Source: Paracoccaceae bacterium (GTDB lineage Bacteria > Pseudomonadota > Alphaproteobacteria > Rhodobacterales > Rhodobacteraceae). From it: DNA of 64,000 bases. Below are positions 1-8,970 of the stretch, piece by piece. The notes beneath the pieces are model-generated. The model had not been told where the DNA came from. It did no database searches and saw nothing but the letters and a program-made list of their open reading frames with translations. Numbering within the stretch: position 1 is the first letter of the stretch; each line of letters opens with the position of its first letter. Both the position numbers and the translations under genes were made by a program. The stretch spans positions 24-64,023 of the forward strand of contig JABSSC010000001.1 of assembly GCA_013214635.1 (NCBI GenBank). The letters run 5' to 3'.

Positions 1-119
1 TCAAAGAACTGTGCGCCCTCTATTGTGACCTTGAACACCTGCCTAAGCAAAACAAAGACCACGACGATCGGAATGAGGAAGAATATTCCCGTTACAAGCG
101 TTTTCTGAAGATGCTTCAT
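1..119 (-). CDS. membrane protein, N-terminal fragment (runs off window start; possibly DUF502-like)
   Basis: Minus-strand ATG at 117-119 gives MKHLQKTLVTGIFFLIPIVVVFVLLRQVF..., a hydrophobic N-terminus. The family assignment is a guess. Confidence 0.35.
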   Translation of the reverse strand, partial: MKHLQKTLVTGIFFLIPIVVVFVLLRQVFKVTIEGAQFF

Positions 120-185
120 TGGCAGACCTTCCCGATGTGTTGCCGAGGCCTAGCACATCAAGGACAGGCGGCCCATGCGAAAGCG

Positions 186-1277
186 TCAGCCTGGCGTCAT
201 CCTATAGATCGCATCATTGCCAACCGACATAAACCAGATCGACCCGTCAGGGGCCTCGCGCACGTCGCGCACACGCGCCGTTTCGTCACCTTCGATCCGC
301 TCAACTTCGGTGAGTGATGTGCCATCAACGCGGGACAGAAAGCCGAATTTCAGCGATCCGATGAACATATCTCCGCGCCACTCCTGCCAAAGCTTCCCAG
401 AGTAGATCATCATGCCCGACGGCGCGATGGAGGGGTCCCAATAATGCGCGGGCTGTTCCATGCCCGCCTTTTCGGTTCCCTCACCAATCTTCCGGCCCGA
501 ATAGTGGCGCCCGTATGAAATCACTGGCCAGCCATAATTCGCCCCCGGCTGAACCCGGTTCACCTCATCACCGCCTTGCGCGCCATGTTCGTTGACCCAA
601 AGCTGCCCTTCCAAATCCAGTGCGGCCCCTTGCGGGTTGCGGTGCCCGAAGCTCCAGATTTCGGGCAGCACCCCTGTTTGCCCCACGAAAGGGTTGTCGG
701 ATGGCACAGAGCCGTCACGGTTCACCCGAATAACCGACCCGTTGTGACGGCTTCGGTCCTGAGCCGACGGGCGATCACCACGATCCCCGATCGTCAGAAA
801 GATCGTGCCATCCGTGGCTTCGACCACGCGCGACCCAAAGTGCCGTCCTCCACCGGAACCTGCCGACATCACGAAGATATCCGTTACATTGGTGAGGCGC
901 GCGCCATCTGGGCTGAGAACACCACGGGCCAACGCAGTCCCTGCACCACCAGACAGGTCTTTGGAATAGCTCAGAAACACTTCGCGGCTTTGCGCAAAGT
1001 CACGTGGCACCATAACGTCAAGCAAGCCACCCTGCCCTTCGGCCACCACGTCCGGCGTACCCGACACGGTTTGGGCCTTGCCATCTGCCACATGCAGAAG
1101 GCGTCCACCTCGCTCGGTTACCAGAATACCGCCACCGGGCAAGAACCCCATGCCCCACGGTTGATCAAGGCCGCCAATGACGCGGATCACATCGACCTGG
1201 CCGGCTTGCGTGTCAAGCGCTGCTGCGGGCACTCCAAACGCCACAAGAATTGAAACAATGATCATGCGAAATGGCAT
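186..1277 (-). CDS. PQQ-dependent sugar dehydrogenase (soluble aldose/sorbosone dehydrogenase family)
   Basis: 369-aa ORF with a signal peptide and the motifs GHRNPQG, GDRGD and NYGWP typical of the family. Start moved to the ATG at 1277, which has a GGAGG SD 7 nt upstream. Confidence 0.85.
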   Translation of the reverse strand: MPFRMIIVSILVAFGVPAAALDTQAGQVDVIRVIGGLDQPWGMGFLPGGGILVTERGGRLLHVADGKAQTVSGTPDVVAEGQGGLLDVMVPRDFAQSREVFLSYSKDLSGGAGTALARGVLSPDGARLTNVTDIFVMSAGSGGGRHFGSRVVEATDGTIFLTIGDRGDRPSAQDRSRHNGSVIRVNRDGSVPSDNPFVGQTGVLPEIWSFGHRNPQGAALDLEGQLWVNEHGAQGGDEVNRVQPGANYGWPVISYGRHYSGRKIGEGTEKAGMEQPAHYWDPSIAPSGMMIYSGKLWQEWRGDMFIGSLKFGFLSRVDGTSLTEVERIEGDETARVRDVREAPDGSIWFMSVGNDAIYRMTPG

Positions 1278-1433
1278 TTTGCGACCTCCTTGCATTCACG
1301 AAACAAGATAGGGCGCGCCACCCCCACCGCAACGGCCCCTCCACCTTTCACAGTACAGGCAGATTGCGGTTTTCTTTTTTCTGCACGGGCACTAGTTTGG
1401 CGGTCGGATGAGTTATCCGACAGGGAGAAAACA

Positions 1434-2624
1434 ATGAAAAAACTGCTTACTGCCACGGCAGCGACCGCCCTTATGGCTGGCGGCGCAATGGCCGCCGGGC
1501 ACGAAGAAATCAAAATTGGCGTTATTCTCGGGTTCACGGGCCCGATTGAATCGCTGACACCCGCAATGGCTGACGGTGCTGAACTTGCCATGGCAGAAGT
1601 CACTGAAAGTGGCGCCTTGCTTGGTGGCGCATCTGTCACCAGCGTGCGCGGCGACTCCACCTGTATCGATGCAGGCGCTGCAACCGCTGTGGCAGAACGC
1701 CAGATCACTGGTGACGGTGTTAAGGCCATCATGGGCGCCGACTGTTCCGGTGTAACTGGCGCAATCCTTCAAAACGTCGCCGTTGCCAACGGTGTGGTCA
1801 TGATCTCGCCCTCCGCAACGTCGCCCGGCCTTTCAACGGCTGAAGACAACGGTCTGTTCTTCCGCACAGCCCCATCCGATGCACGTCAGGGCGTCGTGAT
1901 GACAGAAGTGTTGATGGAAGAAGGCATCAAGGAAGTCGCTGTCACCTATACCAATAACGACTATGGTAAGGGTCTGGCGGATAGCTTCCAGGCAGCGTTC
2001 GAAGCCGCCGGCGGAACCGTGACCATCAACGCCGCTCACGAAGACGGCAAGGCCGATTATTCGGCTGAAATCGGTGCGTTGGCCTCGGCTGGCGGCGAAC
2101 GTCTGGTGGTCGCAGGATATGTTGACCAGGGCGGGTCAGGCATCGTGCGTGCTGCACTGGACGCAGGCGCTTTCGACACCTTCCACTTCCCCGACGGAAT
2201 GATCTCGTCGGCGTTGACCGACAACTTCGGCGACGAAATTGACGGATCAACCGGTCAGCACCCGGGCACCGACAGCCCCGGCGCCGCACGCTTCTCGGAA
2301 ATGGTTGGCGATGCGTTTGACGCAACCTCGCCCTTCGCACCCGAAAGCTACGACGCGGCTGCTTTGATCATGCTCGCCATGCAGGCGGCTGGATCGGCAG
2401 AATCGGCTGATTTCAAAGATCACGTCATGGACGTTGCCAATGCACCGGGCGAGCAGATCTTCCCCGGCGAATTGGCCAAAGCGCTCCAGATCCTAGCCGA
2501 TGGCGGTGATATCGACTATGTCGGCGCAACGGCTGTTGAACTGATCGGACCGGGCGAAAGCGCCGGTAACTACCGTCAAATCACTGTCGATGGCGGTGAG
2601 ATCACAACGGTTCAGTACCGCTGA
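1434..2624 (+). CDS. ABC transporter substrate-binding protein, branched-chain amino acid (LivJ-like) family
   Basis: Signal peptide MKKLLTATAATALMAGGAMA. Type-1 periplasmic binding-fold sequence. AGGGAGA SD before the ATG at 1434. Followed by liv-type ATPase and permease genes. Confidence 0.85.
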   Translation: MKKLLTATAATALMAGGAMAAGHEEIKIGVILGFTGPIESLTPAMADGAELAMAEVTESGALLGGASVTSVRGDSTCIDAGAATAVAERQITGDGVKAIMGADCSGVTGAILQNVAVANGVVMISPSATSPGLSTAEDNGLFFRTAPSDARQGVVMTEVLMEEGIKEVAVTYTNNDYGKGLADSFQAAFEAAGGTVTINAAHEDGKADYSAEIGALASAGGERLVVAGYVDQGGSGIVRAALDAGAFDTFHFPDGMISSALTDNFGDEIDGSTGQHPGTDSPGAARFSEMVGDAFDATSPFAPESYDAAALIMLAMQAAGSAESADFKDHVMDVANAPGEQIFPGELAKALQILADGGDIDYVGATAVELIGPGESAGNYRQITVDGGEITTVQYR

Positions 2625-2644
2625 TCACGGCATAAACGAGAAAA

Positions 2645-2672
2645 CAGCCCGGGCGCGTCCCGGGCTGTTTTT
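2645..2672 (+). terminator. rho-independent terminator/attenuator after the binding-protein gene
   Basis: CAGCCCGGG-cgcgt-CCCGGGCTG, a 9-bp stem, followed by TTTTT. Confidence 0.7.
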
Positions 2673-2719
2673 CTTATCCGCAAGACGGCACAGCAAGATG
2701 CCGGAGGGGCTTACGACGC

Positions 2720-3508
2720 ATGATCGTTGTTGAGGATCTGCATAAGCATTTTGGCGGCTTTCATGCCGTGGACGGGGCGAGCATCGAAATTGCCGAGGGC
2801 TCGATCACCGGGTTGATTGGGCCGAACGGCGCCGGAAAAACGACGCTTTTCAATGCTATAGCGGGCGTTCTTCAGCCTACATCCGGTCGCGTCACCATGG
2901 CGGGCGAGGATATCACTGGCCTGCCCCCGCATGAACTGTTCCACAAAGGGTTGCTGCGCACGTTCCAGATCGCGCATGAGTTTTCGTCCATGACGGTGCG
3001 CGAAAACCTGATGATGGTGCCGGGCGGACAGTCTGGGGAGACCATTTGGAAATCCTGGCTCAAGCGCGGTGAAATTGCCCGCGAAGAGGCGGCGCTGGCC
3101 GCGAAAGCTGACGAAGTGCTGGAATTTCTGACCATCGATCATCTGGCCGACGAAAAGGCCGGCAACCTGTCAGGGGGTCAGAAAAAGCTCCTTGAGCTGG
3201 GGCGGACGATGATGGTCGACGCCCGCATCGTGTTTCTGGACGAGGTTGGCGCGGGTGTGAACCGCACGCTCTTGGGCACGATCGGCGATGCGATTGTGCG
3301 CCTGAACAAAGAACGCGGCTATACCTTCTGTCTGATCGAACACGACATGGATTTTATCTCGCGCCTTTGCGACCCGGTCATCGTCATGGCCGAAGGCAAA
3401 GTTCTCGCGCAAGGGTCGGCCAGTGAGATCATGGCGAACGAGGCCGTAATCGAAGCATATTTGGGCACAGGGCTGAAAAATAAAAAGAAAACGGAGCCTG
3501 CGACGTGA
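2720..3508 (+). CDS. ABC transporter ATP-binding protein (LivG-like)
   Basis: Walker A GPNGAGKTT, signature LSGGQKKLLEL, Walker B IVFLDE. Confidence 0.9.
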   Translation: MIVVEDLHKHFGGFHAVDGASIEIAEGSITGLIGPNGAGKTTLFNAIAGVLQPTSGRVTMAGEDITGLPPHELFHKGLLRTFQIAHEFSSMTVRENLMMVPGGQSGETIWKSWLKRGEIAREEAALAAKADEVLEFLTIDHLADEKAGNLSGGQKKLLELGRTMMVDARIVFLDEVGAGVNRTLLGTIGDAIVRLNKERGYTFCLIEHDMDFISRLCDPVIVMAEGKVLAQGSASEIMANEAVIEAYLGTGLKNKKKTEPAT

Positions 3509-4218
3509 GCGAACCGTTCCTCATTGGCGACGAGATGACCGGTGGCTACGGCACGGGCGCTGACATCCTTCACGGTTGCACCATTGCCGTTGAAAAAGGT
3601 CAGATCGCGGTCATCGTGGGCCCAAACGGCGCGGGCAAATCGACGGCGATGAAGGCGGTGTTTGGGATGCTGAATGTGCGCGAAGGCGCGGTTCGCCTCA
3701 ATGGCGAAGACATCACCAGCCTAAGCCCGCAAGACCGCGTTGCCAAAGGCATGGCCTTTGTGCCGCAAACGCAGAACATTTTTACCTCGATGACCGTCGA
3801 GGAAAATCTCGAGATGGGCGCGTTCCTGCGCCGTGATGACATCTCGGTCACGATGGAGCAGGTCTATACCCTCTTTCCGATCCTGCGCGAAAAGCGCAGG
3901 CAGGCCGCTGGTGAATTATCAGGCGGTCAGCGTCAGCAGGTCGCGGTTGGCCGCGCCTTGATGACGCAGCCACAGGTGTTGATGCTTGACGAACCCACCG
4001 CAGGCGTTTCCCCTATTGTCATGGATGAACTCTTTGACCGCATTATCGAAGTGGCCCGGACGGGCATTTCGATATTGATGGTTGAACAGAATGCGCGTCA
4101 GGCGCTCGAGATCGCTGACAAGGGTTACGTTTTGGTTCAGGGCCGCAACGCCTATACCGACACCGGACAAGCCCTTTTAGCCGATCCCGAGGTCCGTCGG
4201 ACCTTCCTCGGCGGGTAG
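3505..4218 (+). CDS. ABC transporter ATP-binding protein (LivF-like)
   Basis: Walker A GPNGAGKST, signature LSGGQRQQVAVGRAL, Walker B LMLDEP. 4-nt overlap with the upstream ATPase gene. Confidence 0.9.
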   Translation: MSEPFLIGDEMTGGYGTGADILHGCTIAVEKGQIAVIVGPNGAGKSTAMKAVFGMLNVREGAVRLNGEDITSLSPQDRVAKGMAFVPQTQNIFTSMTVEENLEMGAFLRRDDISVTMEQVYTLFPILREKRRQAAGELSGGQRQQVAVGRALMTQPQVLMLDEPTAGVSPIVMDELFDRIIEVARTGISILMVEQNARQALEIADKGYVLVQGRNAYTDTGQALLADPEVRRTFLGG

Positions 4219-4221
4219 GTT

Positions 4222-4635
4222 GTGACAGGCGCGCTTCTTGTGACACTCCTCATCAACAGCTTCGGCTTCGGCCCGCAACCTATGGCCTGTTCGTTCCCGG
4301 CACCCGAGCCGGGACATGATCCGATCACGGTGCATGTCGAGCCCCTGCCCAGCCTCAAAGATGGCGACGCGGGATATCGCGTGAAGATGGAGTTTGACGG
4401 GAGCTTGTCCGTGATGGCAGCAGCCGGTCCGATAACAACGACATCAGAACGCGATGTGATGATCCGAGGCGCAACCGAAGATCAGACCTTCTACACGCTT
4501 GGCCTGCGCGAAGACGGTGCAGCAGCGTTGAACCTGATGTGGACACAGCCAAAGGATCAACCGGTGCGGCAACATACCCGCACCGGGGCCTGCGAAAATC
4601 ACGAAAGACATATGCAGCAATGGTTGACTTCCTAA
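4222..4635 (+). CDS. hypothetical protein embedded in the liv-type operon
   Basis: 137-aa ORF with a GTG start 4 nt after the livF-like stop. It exactly fills the 400-bp gap and overlaps the permease start by 16 nt. I recognise no family. Confidence 0.5.
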   Translation: MTGALLVTLLINSFGFGPQPMACSFPAPEPGHDPITVHVEPLPSLKDGDAGYRVKMEFDGSLSVMAAAGPITTTSERDVMIRGATEDQTFYTLGLREDGAAALNLMWTQPKDQPVRQHTRTGACENHERHMQQWLTS

Positions 4636-5633
4636 ACGCGCTTGTTGCGCTTTTGAACTTTGTGATCGTGCCCGCCACGGCCTATGGCAGCCAGCTTGCC
4701 TTGGGTGCGCTTGGGGTCACGCTGATCTATGGCATCTTGCGGTTCTCAAATTTTGCCCATGGCGACACGATGGCGTTCGGTGCAATGGTCACCATTCTGG
4801 TGACATGGTGGCTGCAAAGCATGGGCGTCAGTTTGGGGCCCCTGCCCACTGCGCTTCTGGCCGTGCCTGCGGGCATTGCTGCGACCGCGCTTCTGCTCTT
4901 GGGAACCGATCGCGTGGTTTATCGCTTCTACCGACGACAGCGCGCCGCGCCTGTGATCTTTTTGATCGTGTCGCTGGGTGTGATGTTCATCATGAACGGC
5001 CTTGTTAGACTGATCATTGGCGTTGACGATCAGCGGTTTGCAGATGGTGAGCGATTCATTATTTCTGCGCGGGATTTCAAGGAGTTGACGGGCCTGCGCG
5101 AAGGGCTCGCCATCAAGACCAGTCAGGGGATCACAGTTGTGGTCACCGTGATCGCAGTGGCCCTGCTCTTTTGGTTTCTCAACCGCACACGAACGGGCAA
5201 GTCGATGCGCGCCTTCTCTGATAATGAGGATTTGGCGCTTTTGTCGGGCATCAATCCTGAACGCGTCGTGACCATCACATGGCTGATCGTGGCGGCTCTG
5301 GCCACCGTTGCGGGTGTCCTTTACGGGCTCGACAAGTCTTTCAAACCCTTCACGTATTTCCAGCTTCTGCTGCCCATCTTTGCCGCAGCAATTGTCGGGG
5401 GATTGGGCAACCCGCTGGGCGCGATTGCGGGTGGGTTCGTGATCGCGTTCTCTGAGGTCACGATCACATATGCGTTCAAGAAGGTCGCGACGTATATCCT
5501 GCCCGAGGCACTTTCACCGTCGGGCCTCGTTCAGCTCCTCAGCACCGACTACAAATTTGCGGTCTCATTTGCGATCCTGCTGATCGTCCTGCTGTTCCGA
5601 CCGACCGGCATCTTTGCGGGGAAAAAGCTATGA
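4620..5633 (+). CDS. branched-chain amino acid ABC transporter permease (LivH-like)
   Basis: Multi-pass membrane protein. The ATG at 4620 gives MVDFLNALVALLNFVIVPATAYG. Confidence 0.85.
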   Translation: MVDFLNALVALLNFVIVPATAYGSQLALGALGVTLIYGILRFSNFAHGDTMAFGAMVTILVTWWLQSMGVSLGPLPTALLAVPAGIAATALLLLGTDRVVYRFYRRQRAAPVIFLIVSLGVMFIMNGLVRLIIGVDDQRFADGERFIISARDFKELTGLREGLAIKTSQGITVVVTVIAVALLFWFLNRTRTGKSMRAFSDNEDLALLSGINPERVVTITWLIVAALATVAGVLYGLDKSFKPFTYFQLLLPIFAAAIVGGLGNPLGAIAGGFVIAFSEVTITYAFKKVATYILPEALSPSGLVQLLSTDYKFAVSFAILLIVLLFRPTGIFAGKKL

Positions 5634-6934
5634 CCGATACACCGCGCACCATTTTGCTTTTCGGGCTGGTCCTGGGCCTGATCGTGATGACCGGCTTCAC
5701 TACGTCTTGGAACGTCGCACTGAACATCTTCAACATGGGTCTCATCAGCGCGATCATGGCGCTGGGTGTGAACATGCAATGGGGCTATGCGGGCCTTTTG
5801 AATGTGGGCGTTATGGGCTTTGTGGCGCTCGGTGGTCTTGGAGCCGTTGTTGTCTCAATGGACCCGGTGGATGAAGCTTGGGCCGCAGGCGGTCTGGGGA
5901 TCATCCTTGCCCTGCTTATCGGGTTCGGCACGGTTTTGGCTGCCATTGTCGCCTGGGGGCGCATCCCTGCCGGGCGCACGCGTGTCCTGACGCTTCTTGC
6001 TATCTTAATCATTGGGTTCTTCGTCTACCGCGCCCTTTTCGATCCGGCCGTTGCCGCCATCGAAGCGGTTGATCCCGCAGCAACAGGGTATCTTGGTGGC
6101 CTTGGATTGCCTGTCTTGTTGGCATGGCCCGCAGGCGGTTTGCTGGCCGCGGGTGCGGCGTGGATTGTGGGCAAGACCGCTTTGGGGTTGCGATCGGATT
6201 ACCTCGCGATTGCGACGCTGGGCATTGCCGAGATCATTATCGCCGTACTGAAGAACGAAGACTGGCTCAGCCGCGGTGTTAAAAACGTCATCGGTCTGCC
6301 CCGCCCCGTGCCTTACGAGGTCGATCTGCAAAACGATCCGGGCTTTGTGGCGCGGGTTGAAGGGTTCGGATTTGATCCCGTCACCGCGTCATCCATCACC
6401 GTTAAGCTGGCCTATTCCGGGCTATTCATCATTGTTCTTCTGGTGCTCATTTGGCTGACACAGGCGGCGTTGAACTCACCCTGGGGCCGGATGATGCGCG
6501 CCATTCGCGACAATGAAACCGCGGCTGAGGCCATGGGCAAAGACGTCAAGGCCCGCCACCTGCAAGTCTTCATTCTGGGGTCTGCCATTTGCGGGCTGGC
6601 GGGGGCGATGATGACAACACTCGACGGGCAGCTCACGCCCGGCACCTACCAGCCCTTGCGCTTCACCTTCCTCGTCTGGGTGATGGTCATTGTCGGCGGG
6701 TCCGGCAACAACTTTGGCGCGGTTCTGGGTGGATTCCTGATCTGGTTCCTGTGGGTCATGGTTGAACCCTACGGATTGGCCGCGATTGAATTCGCCACAG
6801 CAGGCTTGCCGGACGGGTCAGCGTTGAAAGACCACCTCCTCGACAGCGCGGCCCATATGCGGCTTTTGACGATGGGTGTCATCCTGCTTGTCGTGCTGCG
6901 GTTCAGCCCGCGTGGTCTGTTGCCAGAACGGTAA
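5630..6934 (+). CDS. branched-chain amino acid ABC transporter permease (LivM-like)
   Basis: 434-aa polytopic membrane protein. 4-nt overlap with the upstream permease gene. Confidence 0.85.
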   Translation: MTDTPRTILLFGLVLGLIVMTGFTTSWNVALNIFNMGLISAIMALGVNMQWGYAGLLNVGVMGFVALGGLGAVVVSMDPVDEAWAAGGLGIILALLIGFGTVLAAIVAWGRIPAGRTRVLTLLAILIIGFFVYRALFDPAVAAIEAVDPAATGYLGGLGLPVLLAWPAGGLLAAGAAWIVGKTALGLRSDYLAIATLGIAEIIIAVLKNEDWLSRGVKNVIGLPRPVPYEVDLQNDPGFVARVEGFGFDPVTASSITVKLAYSGLFIIVLLVLIWLTQAALNSPWGRMMRAIRDNETAAEAMGKDVKARHLQVFILGSAICGLAGAMMTTLDGQLTPGTYQPLRFTFLVWVMVIVGGSGNNFGAVLGGFLIWFLWVMVEPYGLAAIEFATAGLPDGSALKDHLLDSAAHMRLLTMGVILLVVLRFSPRGLLPER

Positions 6935-7555
6935 GGGCCGATCGCCATAAAGCCGGCGCAGATCGGCACGATCCAGGTATGTTCCCGTCGGAACATACCG
7001 CGCCCGACACGTAGGATAGCGCAGTGCGGGAACCGCGCGCATAACCTCGGCCTGCTGAGGCCGCGGAAGCGCTGCGAACGCATCCTCGTTTAGGCACATC
7101 GTGCGCGCAATCACCGCTCCAATGCGGAGAGCGGCGACAACGGGCAACAGAATGTCCACAACCTCCGCCAGGCCAAATCCCATGCGCGAAGGTCCAAAAT
7201 TGCGGATCTCACTGGTGGCGAAATCTCCAAATGCCGCGCGGACCAAGGGACACTCCCAAACCAGCACCTGATCTTGCCCCAGTGCGGCATCTCCCGCACC
7301 CGGAACGCGGACCACCGCGTCCGTCTTGCGGCGCCGCGTCCAAAGCACGGGCCAAGACACTCCGTCGGCGGAGAGCACCAAATCCCCCGGCCTTAGATCA
7401 CCCACCGAACGCAAACCCTCGGGCGTGTCGATCAAAGCAGACGTCGATATCCCCTCAACACGGTCGCGAGACGTGAAAGTGCGTGGGAGGATGTCAAAAT
7501 CACAAGGGTGAAGCTGCGCCATGGGTCTTCTCTGGCCCATGGCGGTTTCCCGCAC
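6818..7555 (-). CDS. degenerate Hint-domain-like protein (paralog of the neighbouring gene)
   Basis: ALIDTPEGLRSVGDLRPGDLVLSADG..VLW and FAALPRPQQAEVMRAVPAL align with the neighbouring Hint protein. The Cys-1 position is not Cys. Start is uncertain (GTG 7555, ATG 7540 or ATG 7522). The last 38 codons overlap the livM-like 3' end. Confidence 0.5.
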   Translation of the reverse strand: MRETAMGQRRPMAQLHPCDFDILPRTFTSRDRVEGISTSALIDTPEGLRSVGDLRPGDLVLSADGVSWPVLWTRRRKTDAVVRVPGAGDAALGQDQVLVWECPLVRAAFGDFATSEIRNFGPSRMGFGLAEVVDILLPVVAALRIGAVIARTMCLNEDAFAALPRPQQAEVMRAVPALRYPTCRARYVPTGTYLDRADLRRLYGDRPLPFWQQTTRAEPQHDKQDDTHRQKPHMGRAVEEVVFQR

Positions 7556-7613
7556 GTTACGCCGGCCTAAGCCTGCACTGAAATCTGCCTAAAATTTTAT
7601 ACGATTGCGCGGG

Positions 7614-8213
7614 TTATCTTCGCCCACGACGCACCTGAGCCACAGGCCGAACCGGGCGCGCGGCGCGTCCAAGCGACTGTGCCTCAGGGAAGAGGTCCAA
7701 AACCTCCAACCGCTGGGCATTGCAAAGCGCCGCCATCACGCTGTCTGACGGGCAAAAGCTCTCAGTCCATAACCCGTTGGACAAAATCACCTGATGCCGC
7801 TCAAAAAGCAGATGCAAGTAGCACACCCGCAGGGGCTGCACCGGTTTGACCAAGCGATGATCGATGAGATCCTTTGCGGCGGCCAGAACTTCGCCCTTTC
7901 CAGTGTCGCGCATGACCGCCCTGTGATCGACCAACACGCGGTGTTCCGGCGACAGATAGATGTCGCGATCCGGTCGGTTGCCCCCATCCAACGCACCCGC
8001 GCGAAACACGATGGGCAACAGATGCGGTGCACGCGTCAGTTCTTTCCAGGACAGCGTGCGCTGACCAATCCACGCAACAGGCTGTAACCCGTTGTCCCGC
8101 GTCACGATCTTGTCCCCGGTCTTGATATCTTCGATTGCGACCTCACCCTTGCCGGTCGCGATCATGGTCCCCGGCGTAAAGCACGGCGACACAGCCCCCA
8201 TTGTCATCTTCAT
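7614..8213 (-). CDS. Hint (Hedgehog/intein-like, Hint_2-type) domain protein, stand-alone
   Basis: CFTPGTMIATGKGEVAIEDIKTGDKIVTRDNGLQPVAWIG, SPEHRVLV and LLFERHQVILSNGLWTESF are hallmark Hint_2 blocks. Only 10 aa precede the Cys. Confidence 0.8.
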   Translation of the reverse strand: MKMTMGAVSPCFTPGTMIATGKGEVAIEDIKTGDKIVTRDNGLQPVAWIGQRTLSWKELTRAPHLLPIVFRAGALDGGNRPDRDIYLSPEHRVLVDHRAVMRDTGKGEVLAAAKDLIDHRLVKPVQPLRVCYLHLLFERHQVILSNGLWTESFCPSDSVMAALCNAQRLEVLDLFPEAQSLGRAARPVRPVAQVRRGRR

Positions 8214-8494
8214 TTCAGCCCCAACGCGCGGTTGCGATTACCCATACCCAAAGGCGAGGTCCAAACAGCACAAATGGATCAACGAAGAGATGCGGGGGAC
8301 GGTCACGATCATGCCCGGTGTCGCCGATATCCATCCCGACGGGTCCGAGCCGATGTGAACCGCCCCCGCCGCCTACAGGCAGCACCGTTCACCCACTTGC
8401 ACCCATTCGGATACAAGCCCACATGCGGCGCCCCCACGCCGCGATACCGCTCCCCAGCGAGCAGGTAGACCCTATGAGACTGTTTCTGTGCGAC

Positions 8495-8530
8495 AAAGGA
8501 AAAAGGCAGAAAAAAGGCCGGGCCTGCCTT
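8495..8530 (-). terminator. terminator-like hairpin on the minus strand inside the orphan spacer
   Basis: AAGGCAG (8503-8509) pairs with CTGCCTT (8524-8530). An inner hairpin AGGC-ccg-GCCT is also possible. Read on the minus strand it is followed by T-rich runs. No annotated gene lies upstream of it. Confidence 0.3.
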
Positions 8531-8970
8531 GATTACGCCCGGATCCGGCATCTCGGCCTGTCAGCCAGAAGACTATTTTGTTTCCAAGACAGAAACGAAT
8601 ACGCGACAATTGTTGCTCTTTTCAATCAAGCACATCGATTTGCTGCATACTGTTGTACCACACGGCCTCATTCTCGCGCCTATTGTTTCCGTCGATCATT
8701 GGCGCAATCAAATCGCCGCGCTCCAGCGCCACTGAAACCATGTAACAGAACCTGTGAATTCTTGTTTCCGTTTCAGAACCAATTCATGCCCACTGGAGCG
8801 ATTGAAATTTCAGGGTGGCAGGACGCCTGATTCGACCACACGATTGTCGGAGGCCTAACCGCTCTGACACTTGCGTGAACACGCGGCCCGAGCGCTGGAT
8901 CGACCCAGCGTGGCCCTTTAATCGGCCTTTGGGTCGTCGCATCTCAGAGGCAGAGAGGTTCACGCGCGCG

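Noticed and set aside
7614-8213. The Hint domain as a true intein
   Set aside because: There is no host protein (exteins) on either side and no homing-endonuclease insertion. Only 10 residues precede the Cys.
8201-8830. 209-aa plus-strand ORF covering the orphan spacer
   Set aside because: The translation is Arg/Pro/Cys-rich. There is no SD, and it crosses the terminator-like hairpin and the AT-rich repeats. I treat the region as non-coding or unknown rather than calling this ORF.
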